Shown here one piece after another: positions 1 through 13,936 of a stretch of 64,000 nt of DNA. Numbering within the stretch: position 1 is the first letter of the stretch; every line of letters starts with the position of its first letter. The position numbers and the translations under genes were made by a program. The stretch lies in NCBI RefSeq assembly GCF_009914755.1, contig NC_060929.1; one strand, written 5' to 3'. Source of the stretch: the human T2T-CHM13v2.0 reference genome, Homo sapiens. Under the pieces are notes generated by a model. It was not told where the DNA came from and made no database searches. It saw only the letters and a list, made by a program, of their open reading frames with translations.

Positions 1-676
1 TGCCACAGTAATAAAAATCAGCAAACTCTGCTGTCTTTGTGTCCCTGGATTGGAATGAAACTTGTTCCCCATTTTAAACAGAAGCCTCTACCATGCTTGA
101 AACTCTAGTGCTGCTCTTTAACCCTGGCAATAACTCAAAGTAATTCAATGGAAGACCCATTTTTAGTGTAAAGGTTAAAATGACAGCAAAGACTATTGCA
201 GGCAAATGCAAAACCCTTCACTAAATCACATAGATTTTTAAACTAGAATAGGATCTATAACTCACAGCTCACCTATTTCTCCATCCAGGCGTGCCTAGGT
301 ATGCTAGCATTTGTGTGTTGGCTGGAATAAAGCTTTTTTTGCTCAGAAAAAAGACGGGGGATGTGTTCATTTAACAACAAAATCTCATTTTTTTCTGCCT
401 GCCTGCTTAGGACAAAGATCTGGGGTTCCTTTCTTAATCTACAAAGTCTACTCTTTAAGGTCTGATTGGGGACCCCAAATTTGAATTGTCAGCCATATAA
501 CTCCTATTAAAAGCTCACATAAAAGAATATATTTAAGAGGGTTTTCAGCGTTTTCCATCAAATCGTTCCCAGGGTCAGCAGAGAATATATTTATCACAAC
601 ATCTATAGGTATAGCCTGAAGTGACCTGATGAAAAAAGAAATTTTTTCAAAGAGATTTCATCATAAAAATATTCTT

Positions 677-975
677 GGCTGGGCACGGTGGCTCCTGCCT
701 GTAATCCCAACACTTTGGGAGGCCAAGGCAGGCAGATCACCTGAGGTCAAGAGTTCCAGACCAAAACGGCCAACATGATGAAACCCCAGCTCTACTAAAA
801 ATATAAAAATTAGCTGAGTGCAGCAGCATGCACCTGTAGTCCCAGCTACTCAGGAGTCTGAGGCAGGAGGATTGCCTGAACCTGGGAGGCGAAGGTTGCA
901 GTGAGCCAAGATCGTGCCACTGCACTTCAGCCTGGGTGACAGGGCAAGACTCCATCTCAAAATAATAATAATAAA
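677..975 (+). mobile_element. Alu SINE (AluS-type)
   Basis: GGCTGGGCACGGTGGCTC start, dimeric structure with A-rich linker, (AAT)n tail; GATCACCTGAGGTCA is AluSx/Sz-like. Confidence 0.95.
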
Positions 976-977
976 TT

Positions 978-1028
978 TATATATATAGATATATATATAT
1001 TTGTGTGTGTATATATATATATACATAT
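978..1028. repeat. (TA)n/(TG)n microsatellite after the Alu tail
   Basis: tatatatatagatatatatatatttgtgtgtgtatatatatatatac. Confidence 0.9.
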
Positions 1029-3779
1029 CTCCTCTTGATTGTTTGTTATATACCATACATCATAATCTATCCATGTTTATTTTAACATGTAGAATTTTAA
1101 AATACCAGTTAAAATGCTCAACATTTTCTCTCCTTCGTTTCTTATATTTGAGCAAGATGAGCATCCTTGATTGTGCCCTATGTTGATCATGTGGCTTTGG
1201 GTCCTCCCTGGCATCCAGGCTAGGTACTCAGGAAGAAATGCCACCAGTCAGCCAGTTAATCCTTCGAATCAAACCACCAAAGACCTACATAGCCAAACTG
1301 TACTACTAAATTCTCTTTAGAATCCCTTCACATCATTATGACTTCAGATCATGTTCAGTGTTTTTATTAAGAGCCACTGTGAGAAACAGCCACATTTATA
1401 GCTAGTTGTTACCATGCCCATCATAGAATAACCCATGCAATAAATTGCTCTCAGCACTCAGGACATTTCTCTTTGTGAAACAGCATGCTTTTTAAAAACA
1501 AGAACTCGTGAATATAGCATTTTTGTTTTGTTTTGTTTTGTTTGCTTTAACTGATAGGAAACTTGGAGATATTTTCATCCAATATTAGTAGCATTCAGCA
1601 GTCTACATTTCTGATATATCATTCAGAAAACACTGACAGAGCTCCTTCTCCATCCAGGTCCTGGGCTAGTCTGGAAAGAGGGGCACTTGTAATGTGCAAG
1701 CTGTTTCTTCTTACTTTTCACTAGGGTAAACTAAATGGCCTCTAACGATCTCCTCTAGCTCAATGTTTCTATTTTCTTTCCTTAAGAAAAAAAAAATGGA
1801 GCTTACAGACTTAGAGGATCTTATTGTGGAGTATGTGTCCCCAGGCACCTGCATTCCGTACTCTGCTTCCCAGAGGAACTATGCCAAATTTTTATTAGTT
1901 ACATGATGAATTTTTTTGAAGTTCATGATATGTCATTTGCCATTTTAAAACAAATGCCTACTTTAAGATGCCAAAGGTGTGTGGAGTCTGAAGATGTGAA
2001 AGTATGTTTTGACGCTGCCTCTGCAAGCTCAGATTTTGGCTGCAAAGACCCTCCTGTATAAACCGTGGTGCAGGCTGGAACACAAGACCCAGAAATACTT
2101 TAGCCAAGTTCCAAGTATTTGCTTCTAAATATTTAAGAAGCCAACTCTCAGATGCCTCCAAGGAGGCAAATACCAGTGAGCTATTGCTAGCTCCTGGGGC
2201 AAATGAGGGCAGCCTTGGTCCAGTGCCTTTTAGATTTGATGTGGGACACATGGCTTTGCAGCATTCGTACAAACCTTCTTCCTCTGTTTCCCACCACCTC
2301 AACATCCACCTCATATGAGATCCAGCCACGTAAGCCAAGCAGTTCTCACACCAACAAGACTCCCTGGGAAGAAATCAGCCATTCTCAGTTCCCAAACACA
2401 GAGGAGTGCTCCAACCACTGGGAAAGGTTTATAGAACACTTGAATACCCATGCCGTCACACCCACACTGTTAAATACACGCATACCTGCATTTTCACTAG
2501 ACAATGCCTATTGCTTCAAAAATTCCAGAATCCTGTCATATCACGTGGATGATTTAAAAGCAGTGTTATTAAATTAACTTCTAATTAATTGGCTCTCAGT
2601 GTTGCCAAGCCAGATTGCTAGAGGCTGAGTCCCTTTGTTATATGATGTGCTTATTACCAAAGCCAACTCTAACAAAGTATAAACATCTATAAACACAATC
2701 TTGAGAAGGCCAGGGACTAGCATGTAACCATTTCTAATCCACGTTTCTGTATTTGCACCAGTTTATGCCACAGGCTAAGGGTGGGATTAAATTTACACAT
2801 GAAGGCAAGTTGGGAAAATCGGTTTCCCAAGAATTTATAATGCTTTTAAACATAGAGGTCATTCCATAAATATCAGCTGATTGAGAATGTTTCTCAATGT
2901 GTACATTCTAATATTTATTGATCCTGGGCAGCCTAATAATCCTGCCAACCGAAACTATTTGGGTCTAGTCTCAGGCCCAGCTGAGTTTTAAGACCAGCTC
3001 AAGCCTTAGATTGAGAAAACAGAACCATATCTGGCTTAATGTGGCTTGTGGTTCAGGAACTTATCATTCTTGTTGCTACCTTTCTTCAGACACATCTATT
3101 CTATTTAGTATAATTCCATTCGTCTCTTGTTCCAACCCAGTCAACCTCCTAGCTCATTCATCTCACCACCCATCTTTCATTAATCCCCTCTAGTCTCAGA
3201 GAAAGGGTCCCTGCTTCTTTTTAAAGTTGGTTTCAACCTGAAGCCTCACCCTGCCACCCACCTCTGCCAAGGTCTTACTCATTAAATCGTTTCCTCTCTG
3301 CTATCTTCAGAAATTACATCCTCCCCCACCCCTTCGACCTACCCATCTTTTAAAATCTTTCTGTCCTGTTTTAAAAATAAATTCCCCTTGACTCTCTCTG
3401 TTCCCCTCCCACCATAGCTTTCTCGCCTTCTTCCTATGATGACGAAGCTTGCCACCTCCTCTTCTCACTTCCCAATCTCTCCTCAACACATGGCCATCTG
3501 TCATCTACCTCCAATGTTCCAGAAAGCCAGCTCTCACGAAGGTTACCAGCCACCCAGCCCACTGGTAAGTCTTTCCTACTCATCTTGTGCTGTATTTGGC
3601 CTTGTTGGCTGTGCCCCAAAACCACCTCTGGCTCCTGGCCCATCCTTTCTTTCTGATGTTTCTCTTTTCTGACTATCCCCTCTCAGTTCCTCTTCCCTAT
3701 TCTTCCTCCTTTGCTTCCCCTACGAAATACTGATGCTGCCTCTGACTTTCTTCTTTCTCTTCTACTTGCTTTCCTTGGA

Positions 3780-4035
3780 GGCAGTGTGGCCCTGTGCTTG
3801 GGCATGGATCTTTGAAGTCAGATTTACTTGAACTTCACATTCTGGTTCTGCTGCTTAAAAACTATTAGGCCTTAGAAAATCACTTTGCCACTCCAAGCTT
3901 CAGGTTTCTCTTCTATAAAATCAAGGTAAATGATCAAAATAACAGTAATAATTGTTCTTTCACAGATCTGTCATTCCAAGCATGCACAGGGCTTAGCCCA
4001 GTGCTAATATACAGAAAACTTGATGCACAGCAGCT
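3780..4035 (+). mobile_element. MIR SINE
   Basis: MIR core-like cttcaggtttctcttctataaaat preceded by tttgaagtcagatttacttg. Confidence 0.7.
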
Positions 4036-4247
4036 ATTGCTATTTTATTATTATCTTCATCACCATGACCCCCAGAGTGATCTCTTCTCATCTTCTCCCC
4101 AGATCTCAGTTTATGCACAATTTTTGACATTCACCTCTCCATCCCCAACCCTCTCCTGTCCCCTGAGCTCCAGTGTATGCTTCAAACCACCTATCTACTA
4201 GGCAGGTTCTCTGGAAGGTCCACTGGTACCTCAAACTCTGCATGTCC

Positions 4248-4646
4248 TCTTAGAGCCTGAATTGTGTCCCCATAAAATTCATGTGTTGAAGTCTCACCTC
4301 AGAATGCAGCTATCATTTGAAGATAGGGCCTTTATGTAGTAATTAAGTTAAATGGGGCCATTATGGTAGGTCCTAATTCAATCCGACTGGTGATCTTTTA
4401 AGAAGAGGAAAACCAGACATGCAGAGAGACACGAAGGATATGTGCACACAGAAGAGAGACCATGGGAGGAGACAGCAAGAGGGTGGCCATCCACAAGCCA
4501 AGGAAAGAGGCCTCAGGAGACACCAAACTTATTCAGTACCTTGATCTTGGACTTCTCAGTTCCCGAACAGTGAGAAAATTAATTTCTGTTGCATGAGCCA
4601 CCCAGTGTGCAGTATTTTGTTCTGGCAGCCCTAGCAAATGAATACA
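4248..4646 (+). mobile_element. MaLR solo LTR, MLT1B-like
   Basis: ctgaattgtgtcccc...aaattcatgtgttgaag start, caagccaaggaaagaggcctcag, ends ggcagccctagcaaatgaataca. Confidence 0.9.
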
Positions 4647-6454
4647 TGGCTTAGGCTGAAATTGCTAGGTCTTCCTTAAAACATGCTCCTCCTCCTACTG
4701 CAGCCCCTCTTTGAACTTATCTGTATCTCTTTCTTCTCCCTAATGACCCACATCTAATCAGTCTCCAAAACTTGATAGTTTTAATTTCTGAATAGCTCAT
4801 AGTCTATGCACCATCTTTCTTAGCTCTGGCCTGCATGATCTTTCATCTGGTCTATTGCAATAGCTCTCCCACTCAATTTGTCTCTCTCACCATAGCATTT
4901 CTCCATTTCAATCCTTCCAGTATACCAGTTAGATTAATCATTCTAAAGCACAGGCTTGTTTGCATCTGCCTTCAACAAAAAAGTCCTTCATTACTCCCAC
5001 TGCCTAGTAGGAGTTCCTCAGCCTGACACTGAAACCGTCCACAGTTTGGCTCTAGCTTACCCATCGGCCTGGGGTCTTGCTATATCCTTCCTCAGACCTT
5101 TATTCTAACCAAACAGGAAAACGTACTACTCCTGAAAAAGGACTCTACCTTTTTAACCACTCCCTGAACTAAAATACCTCACCATTCCTTGTTTCCATTC
5201 CACACCACCAAGGCTTTCTTCCCTTATTTCCTAGAGGAAGGGATCTTTGCACTGGGCTCAGCCCCCATGACAGTTCATAAGGACAGCCTGTGACACATGT
5301 GTATCCTCTCATTTCTCCTTCTCAACTGTAAACCCACTCAGGCTACCTCTCGTTCACCCTTTATCCTCCATGGTGCCCAGCATGTGCCCCTGGCACATGT
5401 CTCTTCCACAGTGTTGATGGAATGAGCAAACGAACAATGCTGATTGCAAGGTCGTGAAGACAAATGGCCTTGACACCCTAAATAAGCCATCTCAAAAAAG
5501 AGCTGCTATGTCTGATTTCCCTCTAGTAAGTTAGGTTGTTTGCTCAGATAACCAAAGTAAATCACTCATCTATAGTTATTTTCTGGAATTTAAGCACTAA
5601 AGATAAGGCAAATAGCCAAAGATTTTCAAAAAGAAAATGGTGAGAGGCAGAGGACCCAGTTGTGATGTCATTAATATTCAGCCATCATAATTGGGCCTTA
5701 ACAATTCTCCAGGAACAATTTTCATCTTTATTAATGACACTTAGAGAGCTATCCTCATACCCACCCCAAACTGTTCAATCTGTAAGAAGCATTTTCCACC
5801 AGATGCCATCATATCTGACCTTTCTAGCTTCCCAAATGATCGCCCGACCCCTGCTTCCTCCCCTTGCCTCCCCTTCCCATGATGATGAAACATCCACTAT
5901 AGAACACAAGTGGCATGGAGCCAGGTCAATGATGTGCACCGTGGAAGCTGTTCTGACTGCTCGCTGCTGGCAGCCACTGCTCAGGCTCAAAGCATTATAG
6001 CGCTCTGGTACTTTCCCAAAGGCATTCTCAAAGGAGGCTGATGCATCTGGGTTCTCTTTCTACTGATCAGCAGAACACGCATGTTTAAGAATCAGATTAG
6101 ACACAACTCTTTGGGTCATTTTATATGGTTTTTAAATTGAGAATGAATGAATCCCCATATTCTGTGCCAGTGACTGACTGTCAGGGGCAATCACAACAGG
6201 GCTGATCAGGGGTAATTATGAGGCGGCTGCTTTGCCATGGCCCTCATGTGTTATAACTTGCTACATCCGTTCTAGGAAAGGGAGATTCTGCCAAGCTAGT
6301 TCCTAATTTGCTCGTCTATTTTGGCAAACAGAGATATAGTCCTATCTCTCTTAAAACAAAACAAAACAAAAAATGAGCTTGTCCAAACAAAGCCTTAAAA
6401 TAAACTGCAGGAATACCTGAGACTCAGAATGTGTAAGCTCACATACTTATTAGT

Positions 6455-6570
6455 CAGACACAGTCTCTGCCCTCTGAGCCTCAGTTGTCCTGTCTGCAAA
6501 ATGGTATAACACCTATTTCTCTCACCATCAGTATTGTTTGAATCCAACTGGTAAATATGTGATTTGAAAA
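6455..6570 (+). mobile_element. MIR fragment
   Basis: ctctgagcctcagttgtcctgtctgcaaaatgg core. Confidence 0.65.
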
Positions 6571-7124
6571 TTGTAATACACCACAAAAATATATTACTTA
6601 TTTTGCATATATTTTATAAGTAACAATGCTTAGCTTTCTTATCTACATCTAAAAGTTTCCTGCCTTTAAATATTAGGTATCTGTGCCAATTACATAGTCC
6701 CCCGCTGCCCAGCACCACTAAATTTCAGTGTAAGTATGAATGAGAATGTGCTATATTTTGCCATGTGACGGATACATGGTAGGATGCAGTAGATACTCAT
6801 TGAATTAGTTAATTGCTTAGTCTCATAAGCTTTTTCTGATGTGCCTGTGGTTACACAGTGGCCAGATTCATACTCCCTAGTTCCAAGGTTCTTTCTACAT
6901 AGTTTACAAAAAACAACGGGGCAACCAGCAGAGGGTCTGATGCTATGGAGTAAAGTGTTTTATTCACATTCTGCTTGGCTCACTTAGTTTCTCCTCTATC
7001 CCCTGAGAGGCTTCTGGGGCTCCTTGACTATTTTCTTGGAGAAAGGCTCAAGCGGGAGATGAGGAGCTTGAGCTCCTGGGGCTGCGACTAGAAGGGGTCT
7101 GGAAGCAGGTGGGGGAAGAGTGTA

Positions 7125-7260
7125 CACACAGGACTTTGATCAGAAGACCTGGGATCGAATCTAGACTCTGACACTTTCTACCAAAGCTTCAATTTTCTCA
7201 CATTAAAAAAAAAGGAGTAATAAAAAGGTTATATGATGAATAAGATAATGCTAAGGATTC
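7125..7260 (+). mobile_element. MIR fragment
   Basis: ggactttgatcagaagacctgggatcgaatctagactctgacactt...cttcaattttctca. Confidence 0.6.
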
Positions 7261-8042
7261 TAATTATTTTCATATCATAAAAGATATAAGAACCCCTGAA
7301 GTTAAAACATTGTTTTCTTTGATCATGGAAGTATTAATATAAACACGACTGTGGTTCTTAAATGAGCAGCCATGTTCTTCTCCAGCTAATTTTCTAGGGG
7401 CTTCTGGGAGTCAGACACAGTGTTGTAAATACTTTGTCCTCACAGAGCCTTTCAGTCTGGCCCTGCTCTGGCTTTAGTTGGTGGTATATGCTTAATCTTC
7501 TAATATTCCTTATTTTCCAGGTGTTCTGAGTTCTTAGGCTTATTTAAGGCTTTGTCAAAGTTCTGAGTGCCACCCTCTAAAAAGCTGAGTGATGGTACAC
7601 ATATAACTAATGAGAGAACATATTCTGGGAAAATAAAACTTTTTAAAGTAGATTAGTTTCTCATCATACCATATGGCCCTACAAGTGATCAGATGCACTT
7701 CTATGTGCTGTTGATAGAAAAATAGAGTATATTACATATACTTTTAATTGTGAGGAATTACATCATTAAAGAATTTAGAAATAGAAATTGTCTCTTATTT
7801 GAGTTAGAAGGAGTATTGGGGGAAAATTAGAATATCACCATATGGCTAACCTTAATTCTAATTTGCATTTTAATGGAAATGAAGCTTTAAATGCCTCATT
7901 CTCTTCAAAATCTTTGAGACAGTAAGCCTTTTGTGGGTCTCTCTAGCTTAAGCAAACCAGATTTCAGCAGCTAACTGGCTTTCCAGAGAGTTCATACCAC
8001 CTAAAAGCATTTAAGGTGAAAATGTTGCATATTGATTTGTTA

Positions 8043-8398
<356 letters not shown>

Positions 8399-8599
8399 AA
8401 AGAAATGTTTTCCCTAATTTTAAAGGTAGTTTACACTCTTTGAAAAGGAAATATTAAAAAAAATAGATTGTCTGGAATCTTAGCATCCAAAGATAACCAC
8501 TGTATATTCTACATCTGTTTCTATATATGCATAAGCAATTATAATTTTTATTGTTTTTGTACTTGCAAAAATGAAATACCAGATTTCCTATTTGTGATC

Positions 8600-9330
8600 T
8601 CTGCATGTTCCCTTAAAGCATGTTGTGAATATCTTTTCCTGGTCACATATGTAGATTAACATCCAGATTCTTATTGGCTGCAATATTACACTATATGAAT
8701 ATGCCATGATTTATTCAACTTGCCTCCTGGTGGTAGATATTTAGATTGTGATGGGGTTCAGGACAGACTACCTTAAGATATGACACCTTGGCATTTGAGA
8801 AAACTGCAAAGAAAGGAGGGTCTCTCTGTCTTTCTCCTGTCCTTCTGCCCTGGAGTAGGCCATAAAACCTAGAAAAAATTTTCTGACCTTCTCCTGAAGT
8901 AGGTCATAACAGGCTCATGTGAAAGGTGCCCACTCTAAACCCACAGAAAAGGAACATTCTCATTTCTGAAGACATAGAAACACAGGGAAGAATCTAAACA
9001 AACAGGCCTTTCTACGTTCCCCCCAGTTTATTACCATTGGATCATACCTCCTTTGTCCAATCACATTTCTCCACAACAATCGACTCCTTCATCAAACTTA
9101 CCATAAAATTATACAGGTTTCTTTGTCTGAAGCCTCCTGTACTGTATAAAACACATTAAATAAAACTGTATGGTTTTCTCTTGTTTATCTATATTATAGT
9201 GCCTCAGCCTTGAACCTAGTGATAAGTGAGGAAAAGAAATCTTTCATCCCCTACAACTGTTTCCAGCTTTTATCATTACAAGCAATGTTATAATAAGCAT
9301 CCTTATATACAGATCTTTGAGTACCTTCTT
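8600..9330 (-). mobile_element. Old L1M fragment split by the MER31-like LTR
   Basis: gatatttagattg|LTR|tttccagcttttatcattacaagcaatg matches the antisense L1 3' region. Confidence 0.6.
8749..9255 (+). mobile_element. ERV1 solo LTR, MER31-like
   Basis: TGATGGGGTTCAGGACA...caccttggcatttgagaaaac start, AATAAA signal, ends cccctaCA; degenerate 4-bp TSD attg/actg. Confidence 0.8.
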
Positions 9331-9439
9331 AATAACTTTTTAATTTTTTAAAATGGTACCCAATAATTTGGCACATCTTTTTGAAGGAAACTTTTTGGCA
9401 TAACTGAAAAAAGAAAAAAAAGAGAACTTTCAATTCTTT

Positions 9440-11045
9440 AAAAGTTACAAAGTATGTCAAAGTAATTCAAGGATAGTCTTCAGCAAATAGTGCTGGGGAG
9501 AAAATGGATGTCTACGTACAAATAAATGAACCTCAATCTTCACTTTACCCTATAAAATAATCAACTCAAAATGAGTTCTAGATCTAAATTCTAGAGCCTA
9601 GAATAATATAAAATTCTACAAGACAACATGACAAAATCTTTACGACCTTGGAATAAGCAGATTTCTTTGGTAGGATGTAAAACATGCAAACCATTTTAAA
9701 AACTGATAAATTGAATTTTATTAAAATTTAAAATGTCTCCCCTTCAAAAGACACCACTAAAAAAATAAAAGGCAAACCACAAACCGGGAAAAATAATAGC
9801 AGAAGATAAGTTCAATAAAGGCGATCAAGAATATGTAAAGAATTCTTATAACACAATAACAATAAGATAATCTATTAAAAATAAATGGGCAAATAATTTG
9901 AAAAGAAGGTCTCCAAAGATGTGGAGACCTTTGGTGAAAGGTCACCAAAGATGTGTAAATGACCTATACGCCCATGAAAAGACGCTCAACATCATAGTCA
10001 TTAGGGAAATGAGAACTGAAATCATAATGAAATACCACTACAAATCCACTAGGATAGCTAAAATAAGAAAGACGACTGTATTAGTCCATTCTCACACTGC
10101 TATAAAGAGACTACCTGAGACTGGGTAGTTTATAAATGAAAGAGGTTTAATTGACTCACTGTTCTGCATGGCAGGGGAGGCCTCAGGAAGCTTACAGTCA
10201 CAGTAGAAGGTGAAGGAGAAGCAAGGCACGTCTTACATGGCGGCAGGAGAGACAGCGTGTACAGGGGAAACTGCCACTTTTAAATCATTGCTCACTAACA
10301 CAAGAACAGCATGGGGGAAACCGCCCCCATGATCCAATCACTCCTACCAGGTCCCTCCCTCAACACATGGGGATTATAATTCGAGATGAGATTTGGGTGG
10401 GGACACAGAGCCAAACCATATCAATTACCATACAAAGTGTTGCTGAAACTGGGGTGTGGGAATTCCCACACTTTGCTGGTGGACATGTGAAATGTTCAGC
10501 CACTTTGGCAAACAGTTTAACAGTTTTGTCAAAAGTCAAACGTATACTTACAACTTAGCATTCCCATTCCTAGGTATTTATCCAAGTGAAATGAAAATTT
10601 ACATCTGTGCAACAACTTGTACTTGAATGTTCATAGCAGCATTATTCATAATAGCCAAATATCCATCAACTGGTGAATAGATAAACAAATTGTGGTATGA
10701 TGAACTACTACTCAATAATAAAAAGGTATGAACTACAGATACATACAATGACATGCAGTATCTCAAAAGAATTATGCTCAGTGAAAAAAGCCAGATGTAA
10801 GAACACATATCCTATGATTTCATTTATATGAAGTTCTACAAAAGGCAGAATTATAGTGAGAGAAAGCAGATCAGTGCTTGAAAGGGATGGGAACTGACTG
10901 TAAAGGGATGAGGGACATTCCTAGAGTGATGGAAATAGTCCATAGTTTGATGTGGTGATAGTGTATATGTTTCAAAACTCATCAAATTGTATACTTAAAA
11001 CTGGTGAATTGCATTGAATGTAAATTATATCTTAATTTAAATAAA
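9440..11045 (+). mobile_element. L1MB/L1MC 3' ORF2 and 3'UTR fragment, interrupted by an MST/THE1 LTR
   Basis: atcatagtcattagggaaatg...aataccactac; cattcctaggtatttatccaag; ends aaattatatcttaat. Confidence 0.85.
10077..10423 (-). mobile_element. MaLR solo LTR, MSTA/THE1D-like
   Basis: tgtattagtccattctcacactgctataaag ... gatttgggtggggacacagagccaaaccatatca (reverse of the TGATATGGTTTGG start). Confidence 0.92.
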
Positions 11046-11649
11046 TCATGGAATTATAAACTATAATGTTTGCAAGAGATAGCCTTACCCCAATCTTAAT
11101 CTTCATCCCATCCAACATCTTGCAAGGGGACACCCATTTTTTGGTAAAAACAATTTTTAAAATTGTTCTGATCCGTCAAACAAAAATGTTGTCCACATCA
11201 ACAGGCTGTTTCAAATTGATCACGTGAAAGAGATTTGTTTCTTCCTGGCCTTGCCCAGGATAAAGTTGTGTCTTCTGATTTTTAATCTGCCAAATATCCA
11301 AAAGCAGACTAAAAATTTGTCAATGCTCCAAATATTTAGAACAACTTAAATGTTTGGTACAACATGGAGTAAATAGCTGAAGATTTGATTGAGTTTTTCA
11401 TTTTTCATCCAGGTGTTCAGATGCAGAATGAACGTAAGAACGATGAAGTGGATGGGCAGATTTCCAAGGCAGCTGGAAGTAAATTGGACAACTGCATGAC
11501 CCAAAGATGTAAAGCCAAAATTTCACATTCAAAGCAAGTCAGGAGGTAAAACTACACCATGGAGACATGAGGGAGATTGTCAATGAGACTTTCATGCCTC
11601 AGAATTTGATGATGATGGTGATGATGATGGTGATTGATAACAATTGCAG

Positions 11650-11870
11650 CAGCAATTATTTCTTGAGTGCTTACTAAGTATCAGGCTCTGTATTGAGCCA
11701 TTTACATACATTATCTTATTTATTCTTCACAATAGCCATGTGAATGAGGTACTGTTGATAGCCCTGCTTGATTCAGGAGAAAACTAAAACGTAAAGAGTT
11801 CAGGAATCCTCCCCAATTTTGTACAAGTAGTACAAGCTGAGGAGAGGCAACAGTGTTGAGGTTGGGTGAA
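11650..11870 (-). mobile_element. MIR SINE
   Basis: ttgagtgcttactaagtatcaggctctgt...ttatcttatttattcttcacaatagcc. Confidence 0.75.
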
Positions 11871-12374
11871 GGGGGCAACATGATAGCCACAGAAATCATT
11901 AGAGAACCATAGTACATCCAACTTTTGTGGCCAAAAGTACTTCAGCTTCCACTATTCTGTTGTTAAAGGGTGTTAGAAAGCACTTTATTTTCTTCTAAAA
12001 TAGACTAAGGGGGAAAGTATTCCAGTTTTCCCTTATCTCATTATGAGCTTTAAGATGATTATTTTCTTCCTCATAACTCCTGTCAAAGCTTTATTTTGTC
12101 CCCTCCCACAAAATCTGGACCCATGGCAGGATGAAGTCCTCTTGTCCTGCCACTCTGTGCGAGGAGCAGTGTCTCTGAGGTGCCAAGGCCAGAAGATGCC
12201 ATTTTGGTCCTATAGACAAAACCAAGAGGTTTGAGTGGATCAAAATTGTCTAATTAAGTCCAGATTCATTGATTTAAGTATTTAAAAATTAGTCAAGTTT
12301 TGTGTCATTCTGTCAATCTAAAATGCCTTTGTTCTTTTTCTGGGAAAACAACTCTTCAAAAATTGTAAGATCTC

Positions 12375-12570
12375 ATGTTTATTGAGTATTTACCAGGTAG
12401 CACATAATTTGCCTAGCACTTCACATACATTGTCACATATGAGTTTCATACTATTATCCTAAATTTGCAGGCACAGAAATTGAGTTTAAAAAAATTTTTT
12501 AAGGTACCCATGGTAAAGGCATGGCTGAAGCCAGCGACTGTCTGACTCCAAAGCCCTTGCTCTTTACCTC
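12375..12570 (-). mobile_element. MIR SINE
   Basis: tttattgagtatttaccagg...gtctgactccaaagcccttgctctt. Confidence 0.75.
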
Positions 12571-13164
12571 TTCTCCTTCCTGACTTTCCCTTTGAAACCA
12601 GACTGAGGAGAGTCAGATGGTTAAGAGACCCAAGTTTCTACCCTGCCTGTGTCTCTTTTTGAGTAGAAACCTGAGCCTCACAGAAGCTGGCTATGTATCT
12701 ACGGACGGAGGACTCAAGGATGTTTGCAAGCACAACTTTCTTCCGGGAGTTGTCATCACACAGCAGCTCAACCCACCAAGTTGCCCCTTCTTGCATTATT
12801 TATGGATATTTATGGAGGATTCAATAATTGCAACATGTGCTATGGGAGTGTTGCAATGCATTGTCAACAAGTTCTTAGCTTTTAGTTAAGACAATCAATT
12901 CCAAGGAGTTTTCATGGAGCTAGTCAAGATAGAAAGGCAATGACTAAGGTCAAAACCCACAGTGGACTCAGGAAGAGATGGTGGTACTGCTCTTGACAGA
13001 TGGCTTTTGCCTCTTACCTAGGTACTTCCCATACCACTGGGATTGTTGGCTTATTTTTAAAAAGATATTAAAAATATAACAAGAAGGAGAGGACCTAAAA
13101 GGAAAGGATTTCTCTAAGAACTATCTCTAACTTTTATTGTAAGATCCATTGTTAGTAATCCATG

Positions 13165-13390
13165 CTGTAAGGAAATCAGGAGAGTAGTTACTGCTGGGAG
13201 GGGTCCCAACTGGACGGAAGCACAGTTGCATACCTAGGTGCACTAATGTTCTGTCTCCTAACCTGGGTGCACAGGTTATGTTCAGTTTGAAACTGAACTG
13301 GTATGTTCAGTTTGAAACTTCATGGAGCTGTATACCTATGACATATACACTTGTCTGTATGTATATTATGCCTCCATAAAAAGTAAAAGA
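13165..13390 (+). mobile_element. L1ME 3'-end fragment
   Basis: aatgttctgtctcctaacctgggtg...catggagctgtatacctatgac...tgtatgtatattatgcctccataaaaag. Confidence 0.7.
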
Positions 13391-13936
13391 AGAAACATTG
13401 CAAATGAAGATGACCAATTAAGAACTTCACCCTCTTTTAATCTGGAGCACAAAACTTTGCAAGAAGCATAAGTTAAAACTTTCCTGTGATGCAGACCCAG
13501 GTATTTGTGGCTCTGCTAAAGACCTTAGCAATGGCCACTGTCGTGGGTTCCTTTTGGTGACCCCCTGTGAGCAGATCTCTCTTTAAGGCTTTGGACACCT
13601 CCAGTGGAGAAAGAGGAAAGGAGGCAGAGCAGAGGTCAATTCACTCTGACTCCGACCTCCCACAGAGACCAGACTGTTGGTTCCTGCTCATTTTCCACAC
13701 TTCATTTCTGATTTTAGTGACTGTCAGCACTAACATGCCTATCACAGATGCCTGCCTGGCCTAACAGAAAAGACTAGATGGCTGTCTGCCCTCAGCAGAG
13801 GGATTCCCAAGAGGCACTTCATACCACATGCACATGTCTTCTTAAGCTCAGGATCTCCTGAGTTTTAGCTAGAGAAAGCCTAGGAATAGGGTATATTTAC
13901 CAATTTATTTTGTAGTAGTTATAAACAAGTACCCTA

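Larger units (their letters stand above)
3400..5440 (+). mobile_element. L2 LINE fragments, interrupted by MIR and MLT1B
   Basis: Pyrimidine-rich L2-like stretches (ccagctctcacgaaggttaccagcc; tacctcaaactctgcatgtc; 3' end gtgcccagcatgtgcccctggcaca...tgttgatggaatgag); boundaries approximate. Confidence 0.65.

Noticed and set aside
737-1186. ORFs over the first Alu and TA repeat (also 22127-22372, 34149-34699, 35346-35612, 48260-48448, 62145-62421)
   Set aside because: Typical Alu-derived translations ([19 protein letters not shown]-like); not genes.
1958-2577. Overlapping 126-aa and 124-aa ORFs
   Set aside because: No recognisable domain or exon structure; lengths compatible with chance in a 64-kb six-frame scan.
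11412-11548. Plus-strand acceptor tttttcatccAG with a ~45-codon open frame
   Set aside because: Following donor (GTAAAA) is weak, the frame stops there, and the peptide is unrecognised.
13277-13320. Repeated tatgttcagtttgaaact resembling a CRISPR-like repeat end
   Set aside because: Only two copies, inside an L1ME fragment of a primate genome; an ordinary tandem duplication.
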